Part shown: one piece after another, positions 49,312 through 61,766 of the stretch
How positions within the stretch are numbered: the stretch's first letter is position 1
How the letters are laid out: the number at the start of each line of letters is the position of its first letter
Source: Ranitomeya imitator
Taxonomy: Eukaryota
Assembly (NCBI RefSeq): GCF_032444005.1
Contig: NC_091289.1
Location: forward strand, 155,124,001-155,188,000
Reading direction: 5' to 3'
Length of the DNA: 64,000 nucleotides
Notes under the pieces: generated by a model
What the model was told of the DNA's origin: nothing
Database searches by the model: none
What the model saw: only the letters and a program-made list of their open reading frames with translations
Translations under genes and position numbers: made by a program

Positions 49312-52300
49312 TAAGACAGGAGGATTTACTGGTTTTGGGTCAATCAGGTTAGGGAGCTGTTGTGAATTCCGCTCTTGGGCTCCCTCCGGTGGTTGTAAGT
49401 GGCACTTTTGTGAGTTCTGCTCTTGGGCTCCCTCCGGTGGTTTTAAGTGGTATGGCTGCTCCTTGGATTTAGCAGTCTGCAGCTGCTTCCACTGATTGTC
49501 TTTCTGCTCGGCTATTTATGCCTGGCTCTTCCCTTCAGCCAGTGCCACTTGTCAATGGTTCCTGGTTGGATTCACATCTCTCTTGGATTTCCCTGATATC
49601 CTGACCAGTTCAGCAAAGATAAGTCCTTTCTTTGCTCTTTTCTGTCCACATGTTGTGGACTTATTCGTTCTGTGCATTCTATGTTTTGTCCAGCTTGTCA
49701 GTATGGATTAATTCAGTTAAGCTGGAAGCCCTGGGAAGCAGATTTACCCTCCACACCTTTAGTCAGGTGTGGAGATTTTTGTAAACTCTGTGTGGATTTT
49801 TGTAGTTTTTAATACTGACCGCACAGTATTCTATCCTGTCCTATCTATCTAGCTAGACTGGCCTCCTGTGCTACATCCTGGTTTCATTCTGTGTATGTCT
49901 TTTCCCTCTCCATTCACAGTCATTACTTGTGGGGGGCTATCTATCCTTTGGGGATTTTTTCTGAGGCAAGATAGTTTTCCTGTTTCTATCTTTAGGGGTA
50001 GTTAGTTCTCAGGCTGTGACGAGGTGCCTAGAAAGTGACAGGAGCATCCCATGGCTACTTCTAGTGTTGTGTTGAGCTTAGGGACTGCGGTCAGTACAGT
50101 TACCACCTCCTTCAGAGCTCGTCCCATGTTGCTCCTAAACCACCAGTTCATAACAGTACAAGAGGCCAATAATGAATTAAATGCATCTCAAAAGAAGGAA
50201 AAAAAAATTCTGAGCCATTTTTTTTTCTGTGCTCTGTTTTGTCTTTTTTTCCCCCCTCTTGATCTCTGGGTGGTTCAGGATTTATGCTCTGGCATGGATG
50301 TTCAGGGTTTGTTTTCTCGTGTGGATCAACTTGCTGCAAGAGTACAGAGTATCCAAGATTATGTTGTCCAGACTCCGGCTTTGGAGCCTAGAATTCCTAC
50401 TCCTGATTTGCTTTTTGGGGACAGATCCAAGTTTTTGAACTTTAAAAATAACTGCAAATTGTTTTTTGCTTTGAAACCCCGTTCTTCTGGTGATCCCATT
50501 CAGCAAGTTAAAATCATCATATCCTTGCTGCGTGGTGACCCTCAGGACTGGGCATTCTCCCTTGAATCAGGGGATCCAGCATTGCTGAATGTAGACGCAT
50601 TTTTTCAAGCGCTCGGATTATTGTATGACGAACCTAATTCTGTGGATCATGCAGAAAAAACCCTGTTGGCCTTGTGTCAAGGTCAGGAAGCGGCAGAATT
50701 ATACTGCCAGAAATTTAGGAAATGGTCTGTGCTCACTAAATGGAATGAGGATGCTCTGGCTGCTATTTTCAGAAAAGGTCTTTCTGAAGCCCTTAAAGAT
50801 GTTATGGTGGGCTTCCCTACGCCTACTGGTTTGAGCGAATCTATGTCTCTAGCAATTCAGATTGATCGGCGTCTGCGCGAGCGCAAAGCTGTGCACCATA
50901 TGGCAGTGTCCTCTGAGCAGAGTCCTGAGCCTATGCAATGTGATAGGATTTTGACTAGAACAGAACGGCAGGAATTCAGACGTCAGAATAGGCTGTGTTT
51001 TTACTGTGGTGATTCTGCTTATGTTATTACCGATTGCCCTAAGCGTACTAGGAGGGTCGCTAGGTCTGTTACCATCAGTGCTGTACAGCCTAAATTTCTT
51101 TTATCTGTGACCCTGATTTGCTCATTGTCGTCCATTTGTGGATTCAGGCGCTGCCCTGAACTTAATGGACTTAGAATTCGCCAGGCGCTGTGGTTTTTCC
51201 TTGCAGCCTTTGCAGAGCCCTATTCCTTTGAGGGGCATTGATGCTACACCATTGGCCAAGGATAAACCTCAGTACTGGACGCAGATGACCATGTACATGG
51301 CTCCAGCACATCAGGAAGACTGCCGTTTTCTGGTGTTGCATAACATGCATGATGTTGTTGTACTGGGTTTTCCATGGTTACAGGAACATAATTCGGTGCT
51401 GGATTGGAAAACTGTCTGTGACTAGTTGGGGTTGTCAAGGGGTACATAGTGACGTTCCTTTGATGTCAATTTCCTCTTCCCCCTCTTCTGAGGTCCCTGA
51501 GTTTTTGTCGGATTTCCAGGATGTATTTGATGAGCCCAAGTCCATTTCCCTTCCTCCACATAGGGACTGTGATTGTGCTATTAACTTGATTCCAGGTTGT
51601 AAGTTCCCTAAGGGCCGACTTTTCAATCTGTCTGTGCCAGAGCATGCCGCCATGCGAAGCTATGTTAAGGAATCTTTGGAGAAGGGGCATATTCGGCCGT
51701 CTTCGTCACCATTGGGAGCGGGTTTCTTTTTTGTTGCTAAGAAGGATGGCTCCTTGTGACCCTGTATAGATTATCGTCTTCTTAATAAGATCACGGTCAA
51801 ATTCCAATACCCCTTGCCTTTGCTTTCTGATTTGTTTGCTCAGATTAAGGGGGCTAGTTGGTTTACTAAGATTGACCTCCGAGGGGCATATAATCTTGTT
51901 CGTATTAAACAGGGTGACGAATGGAAAACTGCATTTAATACGCCCGAAGGCCATTTTGAATACCTCGTGATGCCATTCGGGCTCTCTAATGCTCCATCTG
52001 TGTTCCAATCTTTCATGCGTGATATTTTCCGCAATTATCTTGATAAATTCATGGTTGTATATTTGGATGATATTTTGATTTTTTCCGATGATTGGGAGTC
52101 TCATGTGAAGCAGGTCAGGATGGTATTCCAGATCCTTCGTGACAATGCTTTATTTGTGAAGGGGTCTAAGTGCCTATTCAGAGTTCAGAAGGTCTCTTTT
52201 TTGGGTTTTATTTTTTCTCCCTCGTCTATGGAAATGGATCCTGTTAAGGTCCAAGCTATTCATGACTGGATTCAACCCACATCTGTGAAGAGCCTTCAAA

Positions 52301-52754
52301 AATTTTTGGGCTTTGCTAATTTCTATCGCTGTTTCATTGCCAACTTTTCCAGTGTGGTTAAGCCCCTTACTGATTTGACGAAGAAAGGCGCTGATGTGAC
52401 GAATTGGTCCTCTGCAGCTGTTGAGGCCTTTCGGGAGCTTAAACGCCGATTTACTTCTGCCCCCGTGTTGCGTCAGCCGGATGTTTCCCAGAAGATGTCT
52501 GTTATCTGGGTTGTTTGTGACCGATTCTCTAAAATGGTCCATCTGGTACCTTTGCCTAAGTTGCCTTCCTCCTCAGATTTGGTTCCATTGTTTTTTCAGC
52601 ATGTGGTTTGTTTGCATGGCATTCCGGAGAATATTGTGTCTGACAGAGGTTCTCAGTTTGTCTCTAGGATGGGCATTGATTTGTCTTTTTCTTCGGCGTT
52701 TCATCCTCAGACTAATGGCCAAACTGAGCGAACTAATCAGACCTTGGAAACCTA

Positions 52755-54402
52755 CAGTTAGGTCCATATATATTTGGACAGAGACAACATTTTTCTAATT
52801 TTGGTTATAGACATTACCACAATGAATTTTAAACAAAACAATTCAGATGCATTTGAAGTTCAGACTTTCAGCTTTCATTTGAGGGTATCCACATTAAAAT
52901 TGGATGAAGGGTTTAGGAGATTCAGCTCCTTAACATGTGCCACCCTGTTTTTAAAGGGACCAAAAGTAATTGGACAGATTCAATAATTTTAAATAAAATG
53001 TTCACTTTTAGTACTTGGTTGAAAACCCTTTGTGGGCAATGACTGCCTGAAGTCTTGGACTCATGGACATCACCAGACGCTGTGTTTCCTCCTTTTTGAT
53101 GCTCTGCCAGGCCTTCACTGCGGTGGTTTTCAGTTGCTGTTTGTTTGTGGGCCTTTCTGGCTGAAGTTTAGTCTTTAACAAGTGAAATGCATGCTCAATT
53201 AGGTTGAGATCCAGTGACTGACTTGGCCATTCAAGAATATTCCACTTCTTTGCTTTAATAAACTCCTGGGTTGCTTTGGCTTTATGTTTTGGGTCATGGT
53301 CCATCTGTAGTATGAAACGACGACCAATCAGTTTGGCTGCATTTGGCTGGATCTGAGCACACAGTATGGCTCTGAATACCTCAGAATTAATTTGGCTGCT
53401 TCTGTCCTGTGTCACATCATCAATAAACACTAGTGACCCAGTGCCCCTGGCAGCCATGCATGCCCAAACCATCACACTGCCTCCGTCGTGTTTTACAGAT
53501 GATGTGGTATGCTTTGGATCATGAGCTGTACCACTCCTTCGCCATACTTTTCTCTTTCCATCATTCTGGTAGAGGTTGATCTTGGTTTCATCTGTCGTAA
53601 GAATGTTCTTCCAGAACTGTGCTGGCTTTTTTAGATGTTTTTTTGTAAAGTCCAGTCCAGCATTTTTATTCTTGATGCTTATGAGTGGCTTGCACCGTGC
53701 AGTGAACCCTCTGTATTTACTTTCATACAGTCTTCTCTTTATGGTAGATTTGGATATTGATACGCCAACCTCCTGGGGAGTGTTGTTCACTTGGTTGGTT
53801 GTTGTGAAGGGGTTTCTCTTCACCATGGAGATTATTCTGCGATCATCCACCACTGTTGTCTTCTGTGGGCGCCCAGGTCTTTTTGCATTGATGAGTTCAC
53901 CGGTGCTTTCTTTCTTTCTCAGGATGAACCAAACTGTAGATTTTGCCACTCCTAATATTGTAGCAATTTCTCGGATGGGGTTTTTCTGTTTTCGCAGCTT
54001 TAGGATGGCTTGTTTCACCTGCATGGAGAGCTCCTTTGACCGCATGTTTACTTCACAGCAAAACCTTCCAAATGCAACCATTACACCTCAAATCAACTCC
54101 AGGCCTTTTATCTGCTTAATTGAGAATGACATAACGAAGGGATTGCCCACACCTGTCCATGAAATAGCCTTGGAGTCAATTGTCCAATTACTTTTGGTCC
54201 CTTTAAAAACAGGGTGGCACATGTTAAGGAGCTGAAACTCCTAAACCCTTCATCCAATTTTAATGTGGATACCCTCAAATGAAAGCTGAAAGTCTGAACT
54301 TCAACTGCATCTGAATTGTTTTGTTTAAAATTCATTGTGGTAATGTCTATAACCAAAATTAGAAAAATGTTGTCTCTGTCCAAATATATATGGACCTAAC
54401 TG
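52755..54402 (-). mobile_element. Tc1/mariner transposon, full length, ~222-bp TIRs
   Basis: TA|CAGTTAGGTCCATATATATTTGGACAG at both ends; TIRs 52755-52976 and 54181-54402; inserted in the Gypsy integrase. Confidence 0.95.
53008..54045 (-). CDS. Tc1 DD34E transposase, 345 aa, uninterrupted
   Basis: MRSKELSMQVKQAIL..GRPQKTT..TDETK..QMDHDPKH..WPSQSLDLNLIEH; 34 residues between the second D and E. Confidence 0.9.
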   Translation of the reverse strand: MRSKELSMQVKQAILKLRKQKNPIREIATILGVAKSTVWFILRKKESTGELINAKRPGRPQKTTVVDDRRIISMVKRNPFTTTNQVNNTPQEVGVSISKSTIKRRLYESKYRGFTARCKPLISIKNKNAGLDFTKKHLKKPAQFWKNILTTDETKINLYQNDGKRKVWRRSGTAHDPKHTTSSVKHDGGSVMVWACMAARGTGSLVFIDDVTQDRSSQINSEVFRAILCAQIQPNAAKLIGRRFILQMDHDPKHKAKATQEFIKAKKWNILEWPSQSLDLNLIEHAFHLLKTKLQPERPTNKQQLKTTAVKAWQSIKKEETQRLVMSMSPRLQAVIAHKGFSTKY

Positions 54403-56375
54403 TATTTGAGATGCTTTGTGTCTGCTGATCAGGATGATTGGGTGGCTTTCTTGCCGTTGGCCGAGTTTGCCCTTAATAATAGGGCTAGTTCGGCTACTTT
54501 GGTTTCACCTTTTTTTTGTAATTTTGGTTTTCATCCTCGTTTTTCTTCGGGGCAGGTTGAGCCTTCTGATTGTCCTGGTGTGGATTCTGTGGTGGACAGG
54601 CTGCAGCAGATTTGGACTCATGTGGTGGACAATTTGATGTTGTCTCAGGAAAAGGCTCAACGTTTTGCTAACCGCCGTCGGTGTGTTGGTCCCCGGCTTC
54701 GTGTGGGGGATTTGGTTTGGTTGTCTTCTCGTCATGTTCCTATGAAGGTTTCTTCCCCTAAGTTTAAGCCTCGGTTTATTGGTCCTTATAAGATTTCTGA
54801 AATTATCAATTCGGTTTCTTTTCGTTTGGCTCTTCCAGCCTCTTTTGCCATTCATAATGTTTTCCATAGATCTTTGTTGCGGAGATATGTGGTGCCCGTT
54901 TTTCCCTGGTTGATCCTCCTGCCCCGATGTTGGTTGAGGGAGAGTTGGAATATGAGGTTGAGAAAATTTTGGATTCTCGTTTTTCGAAGCGGAGGCTTCA
55001 GTATCTTGTCAAGTGGAAGGGTTATGGCCAGGAGGATAATTCTTGGGTTGTTGCCTCCGATGTCCATGCCGCCGATTTGGTTCATGCTTTTCACTTGGCT
55101 CGTCCTGATCGGCCTGGGGGCTCTGGTGAGGGTTCGGTGACCCCTCCTCAAGGGGGGGGTACTGTTGTGAATTCCGCTCTTGGGCTCCCTCCGGTGGTTG
55201 TAAGTGGCACTTTTGTGAGTTCTGCTCTTGGGCTCCCTCCGGTGGTTTTAAGTGGTATGGCTGCTCCTTGGATTTAGCAGTCTGCAGCTGCTTCCACTGA
55301 TTGTCTTTCTGCTCGGCTATTTATGCCTGGCTCTTCCCTTCAGCCAGTGCCACTTGTCAATGGTTCCTGGTTGGATTCACATCTCTCTTGGATTTCCCTG
55401 ATATCCTGACCAGTTCAGCAAAGTTAAGTCCTTGCTTGCTCTTTTCTGTCCACAGGTTGTGGACTTATTCATTCTGTGCTTTTTGTTTTGTCCAGCTTGT
55501 CAGTATGGATTAATTCAGTTAAGCTGGAAGCTCTGGGAAGCAGATTTACCCTCCACACCTTTAGTCAGGTGTGGAGATTTTTGTAAACTCTGTGTGGATT
55601 TTTGTAGTTTTTAATACTGACCGCACAGTATTCTATCCTGTCCTATCTATCTAGCTAGACTGGCCTCCTGTGCTACATCCTGTTTTCATTCTGTGTATGT
55701 CTTTTCCCTCTCCACTCACAGTCATTACTTGGGGGGGGGCTATCTATCCTTTGGGGATTTTCTCTGAGGCAAGATAGTTTTCCTGTTTCTATCTTTAGGG
55801 GTAGTTAGTTCTCAGGCTGTAACGAGGTGCCTAGGGAGTGACAGGAGCATCCCACGGCTACTTCTAGTGTTGTTTTAAGCTTAGGGACTGCGGTCAGTAC
55901 AGGTACCACCACCTTCAGAGCTCGTCCCATGTTGCTCCTAAACCACCAGTTCATAACAGGGAGCCCAGGCAGGTCAGCTGAGCCTGGGGGCCCCCAGCTA
56001 AGCAGTGGGCCACGTAAAGTTAAGTGTGAAGCCCAGTCATCCAGGAGAGCAGAAGGACAGCAGATGTGAGAGCAGAGGTGATAGCAGAAGTGAGAGCAGC
56101 AGAAACAGCAGAAGTGAGAGCAGAGGTGATAGCAGAAGTCACCACAGAACAAACGCAGGTCGCTCCAAAATGTGGCAGCTTTCTACTTGGGCAGATGCCC
56201 TTATGTCTAGGGAGAAACAGGCAAGGGAAATCTGAACGTTGCGAAGCTGAACAGGGAGGACTCTGCAGTACCTGTCGAAACGGGACAAACCGGGTACAAC
56301 CTAAAGGACATAGGGAAGAGAACAGGGAAAGCGAAGGATGTGAACTGTGCAAAACTCTGTGTTGATGCTGTAAGT

Positions 56376-56560
56376 CAGTGTTCCCCAACTCCGGTCCTCA
56401 AGAGCAACCAACAGGTCATGTTTTCAGGATTTCCTTAGTATTGCATAGGTGATAATTGCATCACCTGCCCAGGCAATAATTCCATCACCTGTGCAATACT
56501 AAGAAAATCCTGAAAACATGACCTGTTGGTGGCTCTTGAGGACCGGAGTTAGGAACACTG
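56376..56560. mobile_element. Palindromic hAT MITE
   Basis: CAGTGTTCC..GGAACACTG; 8-bp TSD CTGTAAGT/CTGTAACT. Confidence 0.85.
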
Positions 56561-57629
56561 CTGTAACTGATGTGGATGTGCTGTGATTGGAAACAAGCAA
56601 AGTTCTACGTTTTAAGTTGGAATTGGACTCTGTCTCTTTATGTGAAGAAGTGTCCCGGTGTCTAAGGGAGGCCTCTGAGAACCAGGCAAGTAAGACAGTG
56701 GGACTCTGTATATGTGATCCGGGTGGTCAGGGCACGCTAAAGCAGACACCTATGTGGGCCATAACTGCTGCCCTGGCTGCAGCTCACAGTACAGCGCTTA
56801 TTCATATCCGTGGATTGTCAGTTACTGCAGGGTATAACAACCGTCCGGAGGCAAGAGCAAGACATGTTCTCTGTAACCACACTGACCACGAGGATCATGG
56901 ACCAAGGACACCCCTATATTCCTTAGTATTCTTCTAGACACCATATCAAAATGTTTTGTTTTGGGGGTTTTTGTGCCCTTTTTTCTTAGCTGGACAGTCT
57001 CATAATTTAGACCACAAATTCTCTCCCATTGGCAGCAGACTTGTCTCTCATCTCCCGTCTCACAATCAGTGAAATTACACTCTGAAGCTATGTTTCTACG
57101 ATGAGTATTTGGTGAGATTTTGACGCTGTAGATTTCCTGCAGAGTTTCATTCTTCAACTTGCCAGATTAGGTTATTTGTGTTTCTTCGTTGCCTTTTGAG
57201 TGTTTCTACATGTTTTTATTGCATTTTTTTCAGTTTCGCTCTTCCTTCTTTTTTAATATAGTTTTTTAATTAAAATAACTTTGTTTTGTAAACTTCTGTT
57301 TGCTGTGAGCTTTGTTAATGCTTTATTGATAATATATGTGCATGTGGATTACATCCATTTTTTTGCTGCTGAAATGTAATAAAAACCCACATGAATTTTT
57401 TTATATGCGAATATTCGGTATCTCATTAAAGTGTATGGGGAAATCCCGCAAATATAACAAGATTTCAAAAATTCCACACACCTCAATTTTTATAGCATTA
57501 AAAAAAGTAAAAAAGTCCAAGAACGTTAAAGGATCCAGCTTCCAGAAAATAATTTTTGAATTTAATCCATTAAAAAAGTGAAAAAATATACAAAGTTTGC
57601 AAAAGGTTGAAGTGAACACTTTCTATAAG

Positions 57630-57671
57630 AACCAACGCGTTTCAAACGTTACAACGTTCTTAGTCCTGGTT
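57630..57671 (-). ncRNA. Variant minimal hammerhead-like motif (A3:U8 core)
   Basis: Minus strand AACC-AGGACUA-A-GAACG(UUGUAA)CGUUU-GAAAC-GC-GUU-GGUU; palindromic ACGCGU. Confidence 0.5.
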
Positions 57672-59659
57672 CGAAATGCATCGGTTTTTATGAAGGTTAT
57701 TCAGAGAGTGAAATCTCTGTTCCCCTGTACTTTACACACTCTCCCCTGCTCCAGGGCTGAATCTCTGTTGCCACCCATGGTATCTATTATTGTCTGCAGC
57801 GCTGACTTCACATCGACAGCGCTGCAGACAATTAGTGAGCTCAGCAATTTATGATGTCTATTCAAGCAGAGTCACTGAACTAAGTTACTGACTGCAGCGC
57901 TGTCATCGATGTAATGATGAAGTCAGTAATGATTTACAGCACTTTTACATGGCGATATTTTGCATCAGTATTTAACAGACTCCAGGAGTGGATCCAAAAC
58001 ATAGAAGAGGTGAAAGTCATTCAGTTATTATTTTTCTCAGTGTTTGCTCCTGTCTGTTTTTTAGCTGACAAATACTGATGTAAAATACTGGCCAAAATTC
58101 TCACTGTGTGAATGAGGCGAGGAAGCTGCTTGTAATCCTGCTGTAATAGAAGTCCTTATTCCAATGATGAGTGCACACTTGCTTGTCTTCTCTGCTCCAT
58201 GATATTCATCAGAGCAGGAGCAACACCTGGGGCAAAACTGTGGCCGGCAGATGTCCGGCCCTATGACACATTGATATGTGATGGACCCCGACTCCCAAAC
58301 AAAATGAATCACACAGACGCACACAAAATAAATACACAAAGCATTGTAATTAGGTGTCAAACGTTCTCAATTTTATTTACATTCACGACACCAAAAATGG
58401 CACAACCCCCGACTCACGAAGAGTCACCCTCCAGCACTCAAGAGAGGAAAAACCCCATGGTGGAAACCTCTAGGAAACTATGGCTGGAGGATCGCCCTTC
58501 CCTTGGGCTTAGAGAGTTAGTGCCGATATATAACAGATGTAACAAGTTTTATCATTTGTACATTTTACCAGATTTACAGAGAACGACATAACAAATATAG
58601 ACTATAAATGTGATAAACCGGATGTGGGAGAGATCTGGCTGCGATATCGGTCACCACATTGGTTGTTAGACCCAATTTAGTTGATCTGATTGCCCAGATG
58701 GATGAACCATTTCTTCCTTACAGATCCAGGTCCACCTCTCATAAATTTAGATTTTTGGTTACAGGGATTATTCATAATGGATAACCTCTAATAGGAGAAA
58801 TACCCCCTCCCCCTTCTCCCATCCCAATTTATCACCCATTAAAGTCATAGGTGCTTCCATGAACTCCCAAAGGAGAGCTGCTCTTTGTAGAGGGTAACAG
58901 AAGGGGATCCTGTGCTGGGGACCCCCCTCGGTTACCTTCCCACACCCTAGGGGTGTCTAAAACAGACAAACCCTTTCCCTGCTAGAACCTCCAAATTTCA
59001 CCAAGGTCGGCACATTACGTGGGGTGGTCAAGCTCAACGTCCTCAGGCGCATCAGTAATGGCACTGATCGTGGCAGTGCGGCCTTCTGTTATGGAATCTT
59101 CTTTATCACACTTGTTTATGACCTCATAACAGTTGTCATGGTTACTGCAGAGGCTATTACTGATGCAGGACCCAAGTATTAACCCTTTCATCATTGGTAA
59201 TTCACTTCATTATAGAGGCAACTAACTGCACTTGTTACCAAGCAGGCGCCTATCATTATGGCTTCCCTTAGGCACCATAAGAAATACAGATTAAACGTGC
59301 AAGTGTTTCAGGAGTGTGTTGCACTTTTTAAATCCAGAGATTGGATTTATAGCTAGCACTTTACACAGAAATAAATAAGGGGAAATTACTTGTAAAATAA
59401 TACTATAGGGAATTACATTTCAAACATTTTCCTAATGTACAGTTCACATAATTACATAGGTTGAAAAAAGACCTAGGACCATCAAGTTCAACCTATCTTC
59501 AAAGTTATATATTTTATATTACTAGATTATTTATAACTCACAATGTCATGTTTTGTTAAAAAAAAGCATCCGGACCTTTTTTAAATGTTGTTATAGTAAC
59601 TGCCATTACTAGCATTCCAGTCTGATTGCTCTTACTGTAAAGAACCCTTTCCCGTGTGG

Positions 59660-61766
59660 GCCCGCACTGCAGTGGTTAAAGCCGCCAGTCAATCGGAGGC
59701 TGGCAGCTGACGTCAGCGCGCATCGCCGGCGTATGCCGTCATTGTCATTTGCCGGCGAGTGCGCGCTGAAACGCCGGGATGGATCTTCGCTTCGACGCAT
59801 GAGCACGGCCAGGTAAGGAGAACGTTTTTTTTAACTGAAAGCGGCAAGCCGCAATGTGGACCATGTGTCTCTATCCAGCCCGGCACAGAAGGGAGACAGG
59901 GAGCAGAATGGAGACAAGGGGCAGAATGAGACAAGGGGGCAGATTGGAGACACAGGGGGCAGATTGGAGACAAAAGGGCAGAATGGAGACACGGGGCAGA
60001 ATGGAGACAAGGGGGTAGAATGGAGACACGGGGGCAGAATGGAGACAAGGGGGCAGAATGGAGACACGGGGCAGAATGGAGACACGAGGGCAGAATGGAG
60101 ATAAGGGGGCAGTATGGAGACAAGGGGGCAAAATGGAGACAAGGGGGCAGAATGGAGACACAGGGGACAAAATGGAGACAAGGGGCAGAATAGAGACATG
60201 TGGCAGAATGGAGACACGGGGGCAGAATGGAGACACAGGGCAGAATGGAGACAAGGGAGCAGAATGGAGACACAGGGGGCAGAATGGAGACACAGGGGGC
60301 AGAATGGAGACTAGGGGCAGAATGGAGACACGGGGCAGAATGGAGACTAGGGGCAGAATGGAGACTAGGGGCAGAATGGAGACAATGGGCAGATGGGAGA
60401 CACAGGGGCAGATGGGAGACATAAGGGCAGATGGGAGACACGGGGTGCAGGATAGAGACATGGTGCAGGATGGAGACTGATGGGGCAGGAATATGGGGCA
60501 GAATGGAGACAGATGGTGCAGGATCATGGGGTAGGATGGATACAATGGAGACAGATGGGGCAGGATCGTGGGACAGATGGGGCAAGATCAAGGGACAGGA
60601 TGGGGAGATCATATGGGGCAGGATGGGACATCACGTGGGGGCAGGATGTGAGAACATATGGCTGGAACCAGAAATGAGATACACAGGGCCAGGATGGGGG
60701 ATATTATTACCATAGGGGCTAATTAAGGGATATTATTACTGAAGTGATGTATTTATTTTTTGAGGATACGGTTTTAAATGGGTAGGGGGGGCCTGTTACT
60801 ATGCAGACCAACATTGTCGTTTTTTTTCTTTATCTGTTGTAGTTTAGAATTTGGGAAAAAAATAAGTAATGTGTTCTGCAAGCAGTGCTCTAGATAACTG
60901 TTATTTCCTGCAGAAATGAGCCCTGACTGGATGAAGTGACGGCGGTATGTGCTGGATGAAGATTAAAAGCAAAGATAAAGGTCTTCACCTAGAGACGTCA
61001 CTGGTGAGTCAGTGTGTTACCTGTACACTGATGCTGTACACTGTATACTATATACAGCAGTCCTGTGTACAAGGTCACCAGTGATCACTGTATTACCTTT
61101 ACATTATACACTACATACAGAGGTCCTGTGTATAATGTCACCAGTGATCACTGTATTACCTGTACACTGACACTGCATACTAAGTACAGATCTCCTGTGT
61201 ATAATGCCACTTACGGTGATATTAGTATTGTGTTTTTTTATTACTGATTACTATTTTAGTATTCAGTCACTATGTGGTGGCAATATCTTGTCCGGCCATG
61301 GTGTGACTGTATTTGTTCCTTGTATGTGCTATTATTTGGTCACTATGTGGTGGTAATATGTGGTCTGGTCATGGTGTGGTGGTATTTGTTCCTTGTATGT
61401 GGTATTATTGGTGATCATATTGTGGTAATATGTGGTCTGGACATGGTGTGGTGGTATTTGTTCCTTGTATGTGCTATTATTTGGTCACTATGTGGTGATA
61501 ATATGGTGTCTGGTCATGGTGCCGTGGTATTTGTCATTTGAAAAATAAATAAAATATACCTAAATTGTATTGGATATTTTAATAAATGTTTAGTAGGTTA
61601 GAGTAGGGTAGGGCCCGACCTTGTCGTGGTGGCGGCTTTAAAAATCTTTTGACTGTGGACAGTTCGAGGGGTGGAGGCGGGGCTGGGGTGGAGCCTTGGC
61701 GGAGCCTCAAGTGGGCCCCGAAAATGTTGCCAGTATGGGGCCCCGAAATTCCTAGTGGCAGCCCTG
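59660..61766. mobile_element. Non-autonomous DNA element (hAT-like 3' end) packed with tandem repeats
   Basis: ~20-nt GGGGCAGAATGGAGACA repeats (59880-60720), further repeats at 61010-61220 and 61270-61540; ends ..CCTAGTGGCAGCCCTG; left terminus not identified. Confidence 0.5.

Larger units (their letters stand above)
49358..55958 (+). mobile_element. Ty3/Gypsy chromovirus LTR retrotransposon (defective)
   Basis: LTRs 49358-50155 and 55163-55958 (TG..CA); PPT AAGGGGGGGG at 55150; 6-bp TSD GGGAGC. Gag from ~50294, protease DSGA, RT (TKIDLRGAY..VYLDD), integrase pieces, and chromodomain YEVEKILDSR..YLVKWKGY. Confidence 0.95.

Noticed and set aside
59713-60715. Long ORFs on both strands (up to 299 aa)
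   Set aside because: Translations of a minisatellite that lacks stop codons
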